Positions 31,571 through 41,163 of a stretch of 64,000 nucleotides of DNA are shown here, piece after piece (positions within the stretch are counted from its first letter, which is position 1; each line of letters opens with the position of its first letter). Both the position numbers and the translations under genes were made by a program. The DNA is from a bacterium. GTDB lineage: Bacteria; RBG-13-61-14; DATKZS01. The stretch covers positions 640,001 to 704,000 of the forward strand of contig CAXXFL010000005.1 in assembly GCA_963674965.2 (NCBI GenBank), in the 5' to 3' direction. The notes beneath the pieces are model-generated. The model saw only the letters and a program-made list of their open reading frames with translations. It was not told where the DNA came from and made no database searches.

Positions 31571-32218
31571 ATGAACCTGACGGAAAAAAAGTTCGCCGCG
31601 GAAGAAGCCTCCCCCTACAGCTTCGTTGACCTCACCTTGTCAAGCATGGCCGCCTCTAAGAAAAACTTCGCCAAGGCCGCCGTCGCCCCCGCCGAGAGGT
31701 TCCAGCCGGTTATCGTGGGCGGACCAAGGGCCGCCGAGAGCGAGATGGAGGCGGAGAAAAAGAAGATTCGGGACAAAACCGAGGAACTGGACAGGGCCTC
31801 GAGCGCCCTTAAAGCCGCGGCCCTCGAGTGGGAAAAGATACGGGAGTCCCTCTCCAGCCGGGTGGCGGACAAGGTGCTCGATCTTTCCATGGCCGTGGCC
31901 GAGAAGATCGTGGAGGGCAAGGTCGCGGCCGATCCCAACTTCATCAAGGAATCCGTCAAAAAGGCCCTGGCCTCGGTATGGCAAAACGGTCCCGTCAAAA
32001 TTCACCTTCATCCGGACGACCTCGAGGAGATCAAGGCCGCCATGGCCAAGGGCGAGAACTTTTCGGACGAGATAAAGGAGATCGAGCTTATATCCGACTC
32101 GGGCGTCAAGCGCGGCGGCTGCCGGGTGGAAGGCGACTTCGGTGAGGTCGACGCCCGCATCGATTCGCAGATCGGGGCGCTTCGCCAGGCGCTGGCCGAG
32201 GCCATGGACCTGGGCTGA
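31571..32218 (+). CDS. fliH: Flagellar assembly protein FliH
   Basis: IHLHPDD, GGCRVE-G-VDARI; position between fliG and fliI. Confidence 0.85.
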   Translation: MNLTEKKFAAEEASPYSFVDLTLSSMAASKKNFAKAAVAPAERFQPVIVGGPRAAESEMEAEKKKIRDKTEELDRASSALKAAALEWEKIRESLSSRVADKVLDLSMAVAEKIVEGKVAADPNFIKESVKKALASVWQNGPVKIHLHPDDLEEIKAAMAKGENFSDEIKEIELISDSGVKRGGCRVEGDFGEVDARIDSQIGALRQALAEAMDLG

Positions 32219-32220
32219 AC

Positions 32221-33567
32221 ATGGTGGAAGGCGGCGCGGGCATGCTCAAGGCGGGGTCCATACAAAGTCTGTTGGCCGGGATCGACCCGGTCAAGAGGTA
32301 CGGCCGCGTCACGCGGGCCGTTGGGCTCACCATCGAGGGGACCTGTCCCGAGGCTTCCATTGGCTCCGTTTGCCGGATTAAAAGCGGCAAGTCCGATCCC
32401 GGCATCGAGGCCGAGATAGTCGGCTTCAAGGAAAACAAGGCCATCCTCATGCCCCTGGGCGAGGTCAGGGGCGTGGGTTTCGGCTCGACCATCGAGGTCT
32501 CGCGGGAATGCGCCATGTTTCCCGCGGGGGAGGAACTTCTCGGGCGAGTAGTGGACGGGCTGGGGAACCCCCTTGACGGGAAGGGGCCCTTGAATAAAGT
32601 CCGCATGACCTCGATTTACAATCCCTGCGTCCAGCCCCTTTCCCGAAGCGCCATTAAAATGCCCCTGGACGTGGGCGTCCGGTCGATCAACGGCATGCTC
32701 ACCATATGCAAGGGCCAGAGGATGGGGATCATGGCCGGCTCGGGCGTGGGCAAAAGCACGCTTATGGGCATGATGGCCCGCCATACCTCGGCCGACGTTC
32801 GCGTCATAGCGCTAATCGGGGAGCGGGGCCGGGAAGTGGGTGAATTCCTCGAGCACAACCTGACGAGGGACGCCCTGAAAAAGTCGGTGGTGGTGGTGGC
32901 CACGGCCGACCAGCCGGCCGTTGTCAGGATGAGAGGCGCCTACGCCGCCACGGCCATAGCCGAGACCTTTTCCAGCGACGGCCGCGACGTGCTTTTAATG
33001 ATGGACTCGATCACCCGGTTCATGATGGCCCTGCGCGAAATCGGCCTGGCCGCGGGCGAGCCGCCCACCGCCAGGGGCTACACGCCCTCCGCTTTCTCGA
33101 CTCTTCCTCGCCTGGTCGAGCGGGCCGGGGCCTTCGAGGGTGGAGGATCGATCACGGGACTGTACACGGTCCTGGTCGAGGGAGACGACTTTCAGGAGCC
33201 CGTGGCCGACGCGGTCAGGTCGGTGATCGACGGGCATATCGTGCTCTCGAGGGACCTGGCCTCCCGCGGGCAGTACCCGCCGGTGGACGTCTTGGGAAGC
33301 GTCAGCCGCGTGATGTCGGGAGTAGTGGGATCCCGCCACGACGCCCTGAGCAGGAAGCTTCGGGAACTGCTGGCCGTTTACCGCGACGCCGAGGACCTGG
33401 TCAACCTGGGCGCCTATAAAAAGGGGGCCAATCCCCACATAGACGAGGCCCTCGATAAAATCGAGGCCATAAAGAAATACCTGAAACAGGACGTGAACGA
33501 AAAAGTCGATTTCGATCAAAGCGTCAACGAGCTGGCGGCGGCCCTCGGCGCGGGCTCCAGGCAATAA
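32221..33567 (+). CDS. fliI: Flagellar export ATPase FliI
   Basis: GSGVGKS, IGERGREV, MDSITRF, VLVEGDD, DGHIVLSR. Confidence 0.96.
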   Translation: MVEGGAGMLKAGSIQSLLAGIDPVKRYGRVTRAVGLTIEGTCPEASIGSVCRIKSGKSDPGIEAEIVGFKENKAILMPLGEVRGVGFGSTIEVSRECAMFPAGEELLGRVVDGLGNPLDGKGPLNKVRMTSIYNPCVQPLSRSAIKMPLDVGVRSINGMLTICKGQRMGIMAGSGVGKSTLMGMMARHTSADVRVIALIGERGREVGEFLEHNLTRDALKKSVVVVATADQPAVVRMRGAYAATAIAETFSSDGRDVLLMMDSITRFMMALREIGLAAGEPPTARGYTPSAFSTLPRLVERAGAFEGGGSITGLYTVLVEGDDFQEPVADAVRSVIDGHIVLSRDLASRGQYPPVDVLGSVSRVMSGVVGSRHDALSRKLRELLAVYRDAEDLVNLGAYKKGANPHIDEALDKIEAIKKYLKQDVNEKVDFDQSVNELAAALGAGSRQ

Positions 33568-33584
33568 GGACGGCGTGGTTAATC

Positions 33585-34040
33585 ATGGCCAAACCCAAAA
33601 AAGCGCTTCGCTCACTATTAAGGATGAGGGAAATCATGGAGAGCCAGGCGAGGAATTCCCTTTACTCCGTCAAGTCGCAAAGAGATGAAGTCGAGCAAAA
33701 CGTCGAGAGGCTTCGCCACGAATATCGCGCTACTTTGGACGAGCTTTCCAGGGCCGACGTGTCTCGAGACACCGTCGCCAGGGGCATGTCCATGTGGCTT
33801 CTCGACGCCTACCCCGCCTCCATCGAGGCGGAACGCGCCCGGCTGAGTGAAATCGACGCCAGGCTCGATAAAGCCCGCGGGCACTGCGAGAGAAAAATCA
33901 ACGAGCGCAAACTGGTCGAGATCATCCACGACCGCAAGGTTTGCGAGATCGAGTTCGAGGAAAACAAGAAAGAGGAAAACCACGTGGCCGACCTCGTCCT
34001 GGCCGCCAGGGGCCAGGGGCCGGCGGGCGAGGGAGCATGA
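33585..34040 (+). CDS. fliJ: FliJ-like coiled-coil export chaperone
   Basis: Size, coiled-coil character and position after fliI. Confidence 0.65.
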   Translation: MAKPKKALRSLLRMREIMESQARNSLYSVKSQRDEVEQNVERLRHEYRATLDELSRADVSRDTVARGMSMWLLDAYPASIEAERARLSEIDARLDKARGHCERKINERKLVEIIHDRKVCEIEFEENKKEENHVADLVLAARGQGPAGEGA

Positions 34041-34041
34041 A

Positions 34042-34626
34042 ATGAGTCCGATCAAAAAACTAAGCTGGAAGGCGCTGGTCGTCGCCGCGCTTTTTATTCT
34101 GGTTAGCCTCGAGGGCTTCATGGTGGCGGCCAAGATAACCGGGGTGGATGACGACAACGAGGAAATAAAAGCGCGGTCCAGGTTCGCCAACCCCATCGCC
34201 TATGACGACGACGTAAAGCCGATACTCGATCTTTACGACGCTCTGAACGAGGAAAAAAAGCTGCTCGACGAGAGGAAAAAGAACATGGCCGAGCGGGAGC
34301 GCAAGCTGGCCGAGGTCGAGGCCGAGGTCAAGAAGGAGATCGAGTCTCTGAAAGCGGCCAGGGAGGACCTGGTAGCGGCCGTGGCCGACCACGAAAGCCA
34401 GGAGGAAGCGGCCCTCAAGAAGCTGGCGCGCATGTACGAGGCCATGTCTCCAGAGGAGGCGGCTAAAGTATTCAACGGCATGGAGCCGGTCCTCTCCCGG
34501 TCTCTCATCGAGAGAATGAGTCCCCGCAAGTCCGGGAAAATCATCGCCCTCGTCGACGTCAGGGTCGCCAGGCGCATTACCCGCGACGTGGCCGATAAGT
34601 ACTCATTCCCGCCCATGGGCGATTGA
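34042..34626 (+). CDS. MotE/FlbB-like flagellar protein
   Basis: N-terminal TM helix, coiled coil, KLARMYEAMSPEEAA and MSPRKSGKI. Confidence 0.75.
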   Translation: MSPIKKLSWKALVVAALFILVSLEGFMVAAKITGVDDDNEEIKARSRFANPIAYDDDVKPILDLYDALNEEKKLLDERKKNMAERERKLAEVEAEVKKEIESLKAAREDLVAAVADHESQEEAALKKLARMYEAMSPEEAAKVFNGMEPVLSRSLIERMSPRKSGKIIALVDVRVARRITRDVADKYSFPPMGD

Positions 34627-34645
34627 ATCGATCGCAAACCAGGTC

Positions 34646-34672
34646 AAGGCCGGCTCTCTGCCGGCTTTTTTC
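34646..34672 (+). terminator. Intrinsic terminator
   Basis: GCCGGC-TCTCT-GCCGGC-TTTTTT. Confidence 0.75.
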
Positions 34673-34810
34673 ATGCCCGATGGGAACAATAGACTCCACT
34701 GGGAAAAATCTTCGCTGCCTCCCTTTTAATTGAAATGGCCCGTCTTTATATACGCCGGGAAATAGTATGATATTTCAGGCTATTCCGCTTCTATAAAAAA
34801 TCTTTCCCCT

Positions 34811-34825
34811 CGGCATGGAGCTTGC
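34811..34825 (+). promoter_or_regulatory. sigma54 promoter of fliK-flgD-flgE
   Basis: CGGCAT-GGAGC-TTGC. Confidence 0.7.
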
Positions 34826-34840
34826 CAATCACAATGCTAG

Positions 34841-36457
34841 ATGATTGACGCTGTCTCCATAATCGTTATCGAACCCGGCGGCAAGACCCAATTCAAAGGA
34901 CCTCCGCCCGCGTCGGAAGAAGGAATCTTCCTCGATATCTTCATGTTGCTTGGCGAACGGTCAACCCAAGCGGAGTCGCAAATCGAAATGAAACGGCAAG
35001 GCCTTATTGGCCAGCCTCGGAAGGACGTCGAGAGGGACGTAGTATTTGAGGAATCAAAAGACCGCCAGCCTCCGGCCTTTTTCTCACCTTCCCTCGGCTC
35101 CGCTCGCGTTGAAATGGAAGAAGGGCCGATCATCGCGCGGCCTGACGAAAACAGGGAGCGGGACGAGGAGCCGGCAAAGCCCGGCCAACAGGGCGAGTTC
35201 ATCTTCACGGCGCCCGCGCCATTAACCGACCGGCCCGAGTCGGCGAACGAACCGACCGCCGAGCGGCCTCGCGAAAACAGGGAGCGAGTCGAGGTACCGG
35301 AGGGACCGGGCAAACACGAGGCGCGGGTCATGCCATCTCCTTTCTTTCTCCTCGCCCAACCGGAAACGGCGCGGGAAGAAAGTAAATTTAGAAATGGAAC
35401 TTTGCATGGAGCGGCCCAGCCGTCAACTTCGCCCGGTATCGAGCTTACTTTCCAACCGGAGAGTCAGGTCTTCGGCCAGGTTGAAGAGCGGGCGAACCAA
35501 ACGGCCGCTCCGACCAACGCGGTCCCCGCCGATATCCGGGAAAACCCCGAGCCAGTGGCGTCCGAGTTTTTTTCTTCGCGGGCGCGGCAAGTAAAAATTT
35601 CCGGCGATAAAATTGAATATACAAATACGGAGACCTTGCCGCCGGCCGATGATGAAACAACGCCGCCGCCATCGAGGGTCGCCTCCGAAGTCCCCGACTT
35701 GGCCTCAAAATCAAAGGCCGTTGGCCTGGAATCGATGGCGGATAACAACTCCGGACGGGAGAGGCTGGGGAATGATACGGAGGTCGAATTTTCCGTCGAG
35801 AACATTGAATCGGGAGAAAATAAAAAGGGCGAAGATAGCGGCGACGGTGGCGAACAATCATCCGGCGCGCCCTCCCGGCCCGGCAAAACGGCTGCCATGA
35901 GCCTTGGCCCGTCCGCGAGGACCTTCTTATCCTCGATGCCGGAATTTGTCCCGGCCGGCCCGGCGGCGGCCGACGCTTCGCCCCTGCCCGAGTCTTCGGC
36001 AAGATCGGTCCCTTCCCTTGCGACGGCCCTCGCGGGCGCGGCCCCGGACCTGAGCTCTGGAGTTATCGGCGCCATCGAGCGGGCCATGTCGGTCATGAAG
36101 GGGGACGGCTCGAGCGTGGCCCGCATTAACGTCAGTCCTCCCGAGTTGGGCGACGTCAAGCTCATGGTCGAGGTTTCGGGAGAGAAGGTTAAAGCCAGGA
36201 TCAACGCTCCCGATCACGCGTCGGCGGCGGTTATCCGGGCCAACGTTCACGAGCTCGAGTGGCGCCTCGATCGCGGCGGCCTGGTCCTGGACTCGATCGA
36301 GGTCGAGGTGGGCTCGGACGGAAAATCGGGAGACGGGCGCTCCTTTTACAAGGACAAACCGAGAGCAGAACAAAAGCGGATTGTAAAGCCCGCCGCGACG
36401 GGCGTTGGCCGGGCGCGTCGGACCGGGCGCGAGGGCGCCATCGACGTGCTGGCGTAA
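34841..36457 (+). CDS. fliK: Hook-length control protein FliK
   Basis: Long P/E/S-rich disordered region; C-terminal SPPELGDVKL domain; precedes flgD. Confidence 0.8.
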   Translation: MIDAVSIIVIEPGGKTQFKGPPPASEEGIFLDIFMLLGERSTQAESQIEMKRQGLIGQPRKDVERDVVFEESKDRQPPAFFSPSLGSARVEMEEGPIIARPDENRERDEEPAKPGQQGEFIFTAPAPLTDRPESANEPTAERPRENRERVEVPEGPGKHEARVMPSPFFLLAQPETAREESKFRNGTLHGAAQPSTSPGIELTFQPESQVFGQVEERANQTAAPTNAVPADIRENPEPVASEFFSSRARQVKISGDKIEYTNTETLPPADDETTPPPSRVASEVPDLASKSKAVGLESMADNNSGRERLGNDTEVEFSVENIESGENKKGEDSGDGGEQSSGAPSRPGKTAAMSLGPSARTFLSSMPEFVPAGPAAADASPLPESSARSVPSLATALAGAAPDLSSGVIGAIERAMSVMKGDGSSVARINVSPPELGDVKLMVEVSGEKVKARINAPDHASAAVIRANVHELEWRLDRGGLVLDSIEVEVGSDGKSGDGRSFYKDKPRAEQKRIVKPAATGVGRARRTGREGAIDVLA

Positions 36458-36478
36458 AAATAATCAGGGGAGAATAAA

Positions 36479-37135
36479 ATGTACGTTACTGGAACGGGAT
36501 ACGCGACCGCGACGAAATCCGAGAGTCGGGTGGGCGACGAGTTGAGCCAGGAGGCTTTTTTCGACCTGCTCATGGCTCAGCTATTGAACCAGGACCCCAT
36601 GAACCCCATGGAGAGCGCCGAGTTCACCAGCCAACTGGCCCAATTGAACCTGGTAAGCGAGGTCATGAACATCCGCGATCTCTTGGAGAGCAACCTCGGC
36701 CAGGCGGAGGGGGTAGACCCGCGGGAGGCGCTCGGTTATATCGGCCGTGAAGTGATGGTCAACGGCGGCGAGTTCGCCATCACGCCGACCTCGAGCTCGA
36801 CCGAGCAGCTTTACTTTTCCTTGGGCGCGGACGCGAGCCGGGTGGAGCTGGAAATACTCGACGAGAGCGACAACGTGGTAAGGACCATTCAGCTCAATTC
36901 CCTTCCCGCCGGGCCTCACGAGCTGATGTTCGACTGCAAGAACGACGCGGGCACTGAGCTTTTAACCGGCCAGTATCGGGTGGTCCCGAAAGCATATAAC
37001 GATTCGGGGGAGGAGATTTTCGCGGAGAACGGCTTCAGGGGCGTGGTCTCCGAGGTCCGGTTCGAGAACGGCCAGGCTTACCTGGTGGTGAGCGGCAAAA
37101 CCATCGCCGTCGATGACGTCGATTCGATAAGATAA
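36479..37135 (+). CDS. flgD: Hook cap protein FlgD
   Basis: LLMAQLLNQDPMNPM, FTSQLAQ. Confidence 0.93.
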   Translation: MYVTGTGYATATKSESRVGDELSQEAFFDLLMAQLLNQDPMNPMESAEFTSQLAQLNLVSEVMNIRDLLESNLGQAEGVDPREALGYIGREVMVNGGEFAITPTSSSTEQLYFSLGADASRVELEILDESDNVVRTIQLNSLPAGPHELMFDCKNDAGTELLTGQYRVVPKAYNDSGEEIFAENGFRGVVSEVRFENGQAYLVVSGKTIAVDDVDSIR

Positions 37136-37152
37136 CAAACCAGGAGGAAAAA

Positions 37153-38418
37153 ATGTTTGCATCATTATTCACGGGAGTAACGGGGCTTAACGCCATGGAG
37201 ACCGAGCTTTCGGTCATCAGCGACAACATCGCCAACGTCAACACCACGGGCTTCAAGGGAAGTCGGGCCATTTTCCAGGACCTTTTAAACCGGGGCCTGT
37301 CGACCAGCGGCGGTCAGGTAGGGCTCGGCGTTTCGGTGGGCGACGTTCAGACCATCTATAACCAGGGCGCCATAGTCTATACGGGCGCGGCCACGGACAT
37401 GGCCATTGACGGCCGGGGCTTCTTCGTTGTCAGCGACGGTGACCAGAGCTATTACACCCGGGCGGGCATGTTCACGGTGGACCGGGACGGTTTCCTCGTT
37501 GACATGAACGGCCTCAGGGTGCAGGGGTACCAGGCCGAGGCGGGCGTGCTTTCCCAGGAAATCTCGGACCTTTCCTTTGGCAACGCCAACACTCCGCCCC
37601 TCGCCACGTCGCTGATCGAGGTGGGGGCCAACCTCGAGGCGGGTTCTCCGGTCCAGGTCTTCAACGTGGCGGACCCGGTGAGCACCTCGGCCTTCTCGAC
37701 GGGAGTGGCCGTGTACGACAGCCTCGGGCAGTCCCATTTGATTACCGTTTATTTCAACTCGACCGGGGCCAACGCCTGGGAATGGCACGCCACCGTGGAT
37801 GGCGGCGAGGTCACGGGGGGGACCCCCGGCGTCACGGAGGAAATCGCCTCGGGGGCCCTCACCTTTACCAACACCGGCGCCCTGGACACGGAGACCACCA
37901 CTTTTACCAACATCAACTTCGTGGGGGCGGCCCCCGCCCAGGTCATCGACTTCGATTTCGGCGAGAGCATAACCACCGACGGCGGCTCGGGGTATCTCGG
38001 CACCACCCAGTACGCCGGCGAGTCGGCCACCTACGAGCTTAATCAGGACGGATACGCCGCCGGGTTCCTCGAGCGGGTCGCCATCGAGAGCAACGGCATA
38101 CTGACCGGATACTTCTCGAACAGCGACTCCCAGATACTCGGCCAGGTCGCGCTGGCTACCTTTACCAGCGAGGATGGACTGCACCGGCTGGGAGACAACC
38201 TCTTCTCCGAGACCTACGACTCGGGTTCTCCAGCCATCGACGCGCCTCAGTCCGGCGGCAGGGGGTCAATCCTGGCCGAGTCCATCGAGATGTCCAACGT
38301 GGACATGGGAGAGGAACTGGTCAGACTCATAAGCGCCCAGCGCGGATACCAGGCCAACACCAGAGTCATTAACACCAGCAACGAGCTTTTGGCTGAGCTG
38401 ATGGCCCTGGGAAGATAA
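37153..38418 (+). CDS. flgE: Flagellar hook protein FlgE
   Basis: ISDNIANVNTTGFK, DMAIDGRGFF, YTRAG, VYDSLG, EMSNVD. Confidence 0.95.
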   Translation: MFASLFTGVTGLNAMETELSVISDNIANVNTTGFKGSRAIFQDLLNRGLSTSGGQVGLGVSVGDVQTIYNQGAIVYTGAATDMAIDGRGFFVVSDGDQSYYTRAGMFTVDRDGFLVDMNGLRVQGYQAEAGVLSQEISDLSFGNANTPPLATSLIEVGANLEAGSPVQVFNVADPVSTSAFSTGVAVYDSLGQSHLITVYFNSTGANAWEWHATVDGGEVTGGTPGVTEEIASGALTFTNTGALDTETTTFTNINFVGAAPAQVIDFDFGESITTDGGSGYLGTTQYAGESATYELNQDGYAAGFLERVAIESNGILTGYFSNSDSQILGQVALATFTSEDGLHRLGDNLFSETYDSGSPAIDAPQSGGRGSILAESIEMSNVDMGEELVRLISAQRGYQANTRVINTSNELLAELMALGR

Positions 38419-38428
38419 TAAGCACGCC

Positions 38429-38475
38429 GGCGGCCCCGGCCGGCTTTTGACGCCGGGGCCGCCGACCAACTTTTA
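38429..38475 (+). terminator. Hairpin after flgE
   Basis: GGCGGCCCCGGC...GCCGGGGCCGCC inverted repeat. Confidence 0.55.
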
Positions 38476-38631
38476 AAAACGGTCCCACGCTGGGGCGGCG
38501 GCGTCAGCCTTCATGCCAACCCACTATTTTTCGAGATTAAAATATTCCCCATTTTTTCAAACCGATAACCCCGAGAAAAACTTTTTACTTCCCCCTCCGT
38601 TTGATCTATCATCCAGATAGGAGGGAATAAA

Positions 38632-39873
38632 ATGAAATATTTAAATTCGCGGCATATCGCCGGACTCATTTCGATAACGGCCGCGGCGGCGGTCGTCCTG
38701 GCCTTTGCTTTTGACCTTCGCGCCAAGGCCAAGGCGCCGGAGGACGACGTGGCCAGGGTTGTACGGGGAAACAACGCCTTCGCCTTCGACCTTTATAACA
38801 AGATTGCCCCCGAGGCCGACGGCAACGTTATCTATTCTCCTTACAGCGTCTCCACCGCCCTGGCCATCGCCTACGCCGGGGCCAGGGGAAGGACGGCCGA
38901 GGAAATGGCCCGGGTCATGCGCTTCGATCCGCCCGACGAAACTCTCCATCCCGCCATGGGCCAATTGGTGGACGACCTTAACTCTCAAGGCGGCCGGGAC
39001 TATAAGCTGGTGGTGGCCAACCGCCTGTGGGGACAGCGGGACTACAAGTTTCTCGACTCTTACGTGGACCTTGTTAAATCCTCCTACGGCGGCGGCTTCG
39101 AGTCGGTCGATTTCGCGGGCAATCCCGAGAAAGCCCGCGCCACTATCAATAAATGGGTTGAAAAACAGACGGAGCAGAAGATCATGGACCTGATCGGGCC
39201 CGACGTGATCAAGCCGCTCACGCGCATGGTCATCACCAACGCCATTTACTTCAAGGGCAAGTGGCTCTCCGAGTTTAAAAAGGACGCCACCCGGGACGCG
39301 CCTTTTACTCTCGCCTCAGGCGATGAAGTCCAGGTACCAACCATGTACCAGGAGCACGGTTTTAAAATAGGCGAGGGCCCCGGTTGCGCTCTTCTCGAGA
39401 TGCCCTACCAGGGCGAGGAATTGTCCATGGTGGTTATACTGCCCGACCGCCACGACGGCCTGGCCGAGGTCGAGAAGGCGGTAAACGCCGATTCCCTTAA
39501 TGAGTGGCTGGGCTCCACGCGCTCGGACAAGGTCCGGGTCTATCTGCCCCGGTTCAAGTCGGAATTCAAGCTCGAGCTGTCCCAGACCCTTAAAGACATG
39601 GGCATGGTCGCGGCCTTCGAGGACACGGCCGACTTCTCGGGCCTTGACGGCTCGCGAAACCTCAAGATCACCAACGTGATCCACCAGGCCTTCGTCGAGG
39701 TGAACGAGGAGGGGACCGAGGCCGCCGCCGCCACCGCCGTGGTCATCGGCCTCAAGAGCGCCGCGCCGGTGATGAACGTTTTCCGGGCGGACCATCCATT
39801 CCTGTTCCTGATCCGCGACGTGAAGACCGGCAGCGTTCTTTTCATGGGACGGGTCATGGACCCGAGGAAGTAA
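38632..39873 (+). CDS. Exported serpin (serine protease inhibitor)
   Basis: NVIYSPYS, NAIYFKGKW, hinge EEGTEAAAAT, FRADHPFLF, FMGRVMDP. Confidence 0.95.
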   Translation: MKYLNSRHIAGLISITAAAAVVLAFAFDLRAKAKAPEDDVARVVRGNNAFAFDLYNKIAPEADGNVIYSPYSVSTALAIAYAGARGRTAEEMARVMRFDPPDETLHPAMGQLVDDLNSQGGRDYKLVVANRLWGQRDYKFLDSYVDLVKSSYGGGFESVDFAGNPEKARATINKWVEKQTEQKIMDLIGPDVIKPLTRMVITNAIYFKGKWLSEFKKDATRDAPFTLASGDEVQVPTMYQEHGFKIGEGPGCALLEMPYQGEELSMVVILPDRHDGLAEVEKAVNADSLNEWLGSTRSDKVRVYLPRFKSEFKLELSQTLKDMGMVAAFEDTADFSGLDGSRNLKITNVIHQAFVEVNEEGTEAAAATAVVIGLKSAAPVMNVFRADHPFLFLIRDVKTGSVLFMGRVMDPRK

Positions 39874-39892
39874 GGGACCGGGCGGTAGCTTA

Positions 39893-40981
39893 TTATTTCC
39901 CGATCACTCTTTTCATGAATCTGAGGACGTTTTCGCCGTAGATCATCTGGAGTTGTTTTTTGGTGTACCCTCTTTTGATCAGTTCCCTGGTCAGGTTGGG
40001 CAGTTGGCCCGCGTTCTCGAGCCCTGTGGGCACGAAAATACCGCCGTCGTAGTCCGAGCCGAGGGCCACGCACTCGATGCCGCCCACTTCCACCATGTGG
40101 TCGATATGGTCGGCCACGTCGGCCACGGAGTGAGGGTTGTTGTAGGACACGAAGGGCCGGTGGTAGTTAACGCCGACAATGCCTCCGGTCCAGCAGATTC
40201 CCCTTATCAGGTCGTCCTTTAAGTTGCGCGGGTGCTTTTTCACCGCGTAGGCGTTCGAGTGCGTGGCTATAACGGGCTGCCGGGTAATTTTCAGGACGTC
40301 CCGCAGGGTCTTGTCCGAGACGTGAGACACGTCGACCATCATGCCCAGCTCGTTCATGCGCCTGACCACTTTCTCTCCGAACTCGGTAAGGCCGTGATTT
40401 GGCTTGTCGTCGTCGCGGCTGGCGTCTCCCAATTCGTTCGAGTTGTTCCAGGTGAGGGTCATGTATCTGGCGCCCCGGTTGAAGAAATAATCCAGGCGCT
40501 CGAGGTTTCCGTGCAGGGCCTCTCCTCCCTCGACCGCGAGCAGGGCCGAGATTTTTCCAGCCTCGGCGTTATCCTGGATATCCTGAGCCGAGCCGGCGAA
40601 GGCGATATCAGTGGAATAGGCGTCCATGGCCGAGTAAAACTGCTCGAGCATGGCGTCGGCCGCCTGGTACTTGAACTGGGCGTTGTCCCATATGGCGTAA
40701 AACTGGGCGCGCACTCCGCCCTGGCGAAGACGGGGGATGCTCGTCTCGAGTCGGGTCCCCTCCATAAGCGCGATGTTTCCGTTCGCTTTTCTATAGATGG
40801 TGTTGAAGGCGTCGGAATGAAGGTCGATAATAATGGCGTCTCTCGCCACGTCCTCGTGGGTAAAGGACGGCGAACTTGACGCGGGCATGTTTTTTGCGCA
40901 GATTAGTATTACAATAACGGTGAGGCTAGCGGCCAGGAAATGAATATACTTGGGCCCGGTGATTTTACTTGCGCGCAACAT
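39893..40981 (-). CDS. Membrane dipeptidase (peptidase M19)
   Basis: DLHSD, VEG, LTWN, DVSH, ATHSN, GSDYDG; N-terminal TM helix; start uncertain. Confidence 0.9.
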   Translation of the reverse strand: MLRASKITGPKYIHFLAASLTVIVILICAKNMPASSSPSFTHEDVARDAIIIDLHSDAFNTIYRKANGNIALMEGTRLETSIPRLRQGGVRAQFYAIWDNAQFKYQAADAMLEQFYSAMDAYSTDIAFAGSAQDIQDNAEAGKISALLAVEGGEALHGNLERLDYFFNRGARYMTLTWNNSNELGDASRDDDKPNHGLTEFGEKVVRRMNELGMMVDVSHVSDKTLRDVLKITRQPVIATHSNAYAVKKHPRNLKDDLIRGICWTGGIVGVNYHRPFVSYNNPHSVADVADHIDHMVEVGGIECVALGSDYDGGIFVPTGLENAGQLPNLTRELIKRGYTKKQLQMIYGENVLRFMKRVIGK

Positions 40982-41163
40982 CGCGTTTTCAATGTTACTA
41001 TATTTTTTGCCTCGGCGATAATCTTGCCGTGAAAGCTTTTCCGGTTTCCGGGGCATCTCGAGGAGAATAAGCATTGCCGAACATTTTTTGGACGGGAGAC
41101 CTGTCCTTTTCGATCAAGCTCATGATGAACTTCAACGGCGCCGTCGCGTGGTTGCTCAAGGAG

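Noticed and set aside
27849-38418. Injectisome-type T3SS
   Set aside because: Rod, hook, hook-cap and FliG genes identify a flagellum.
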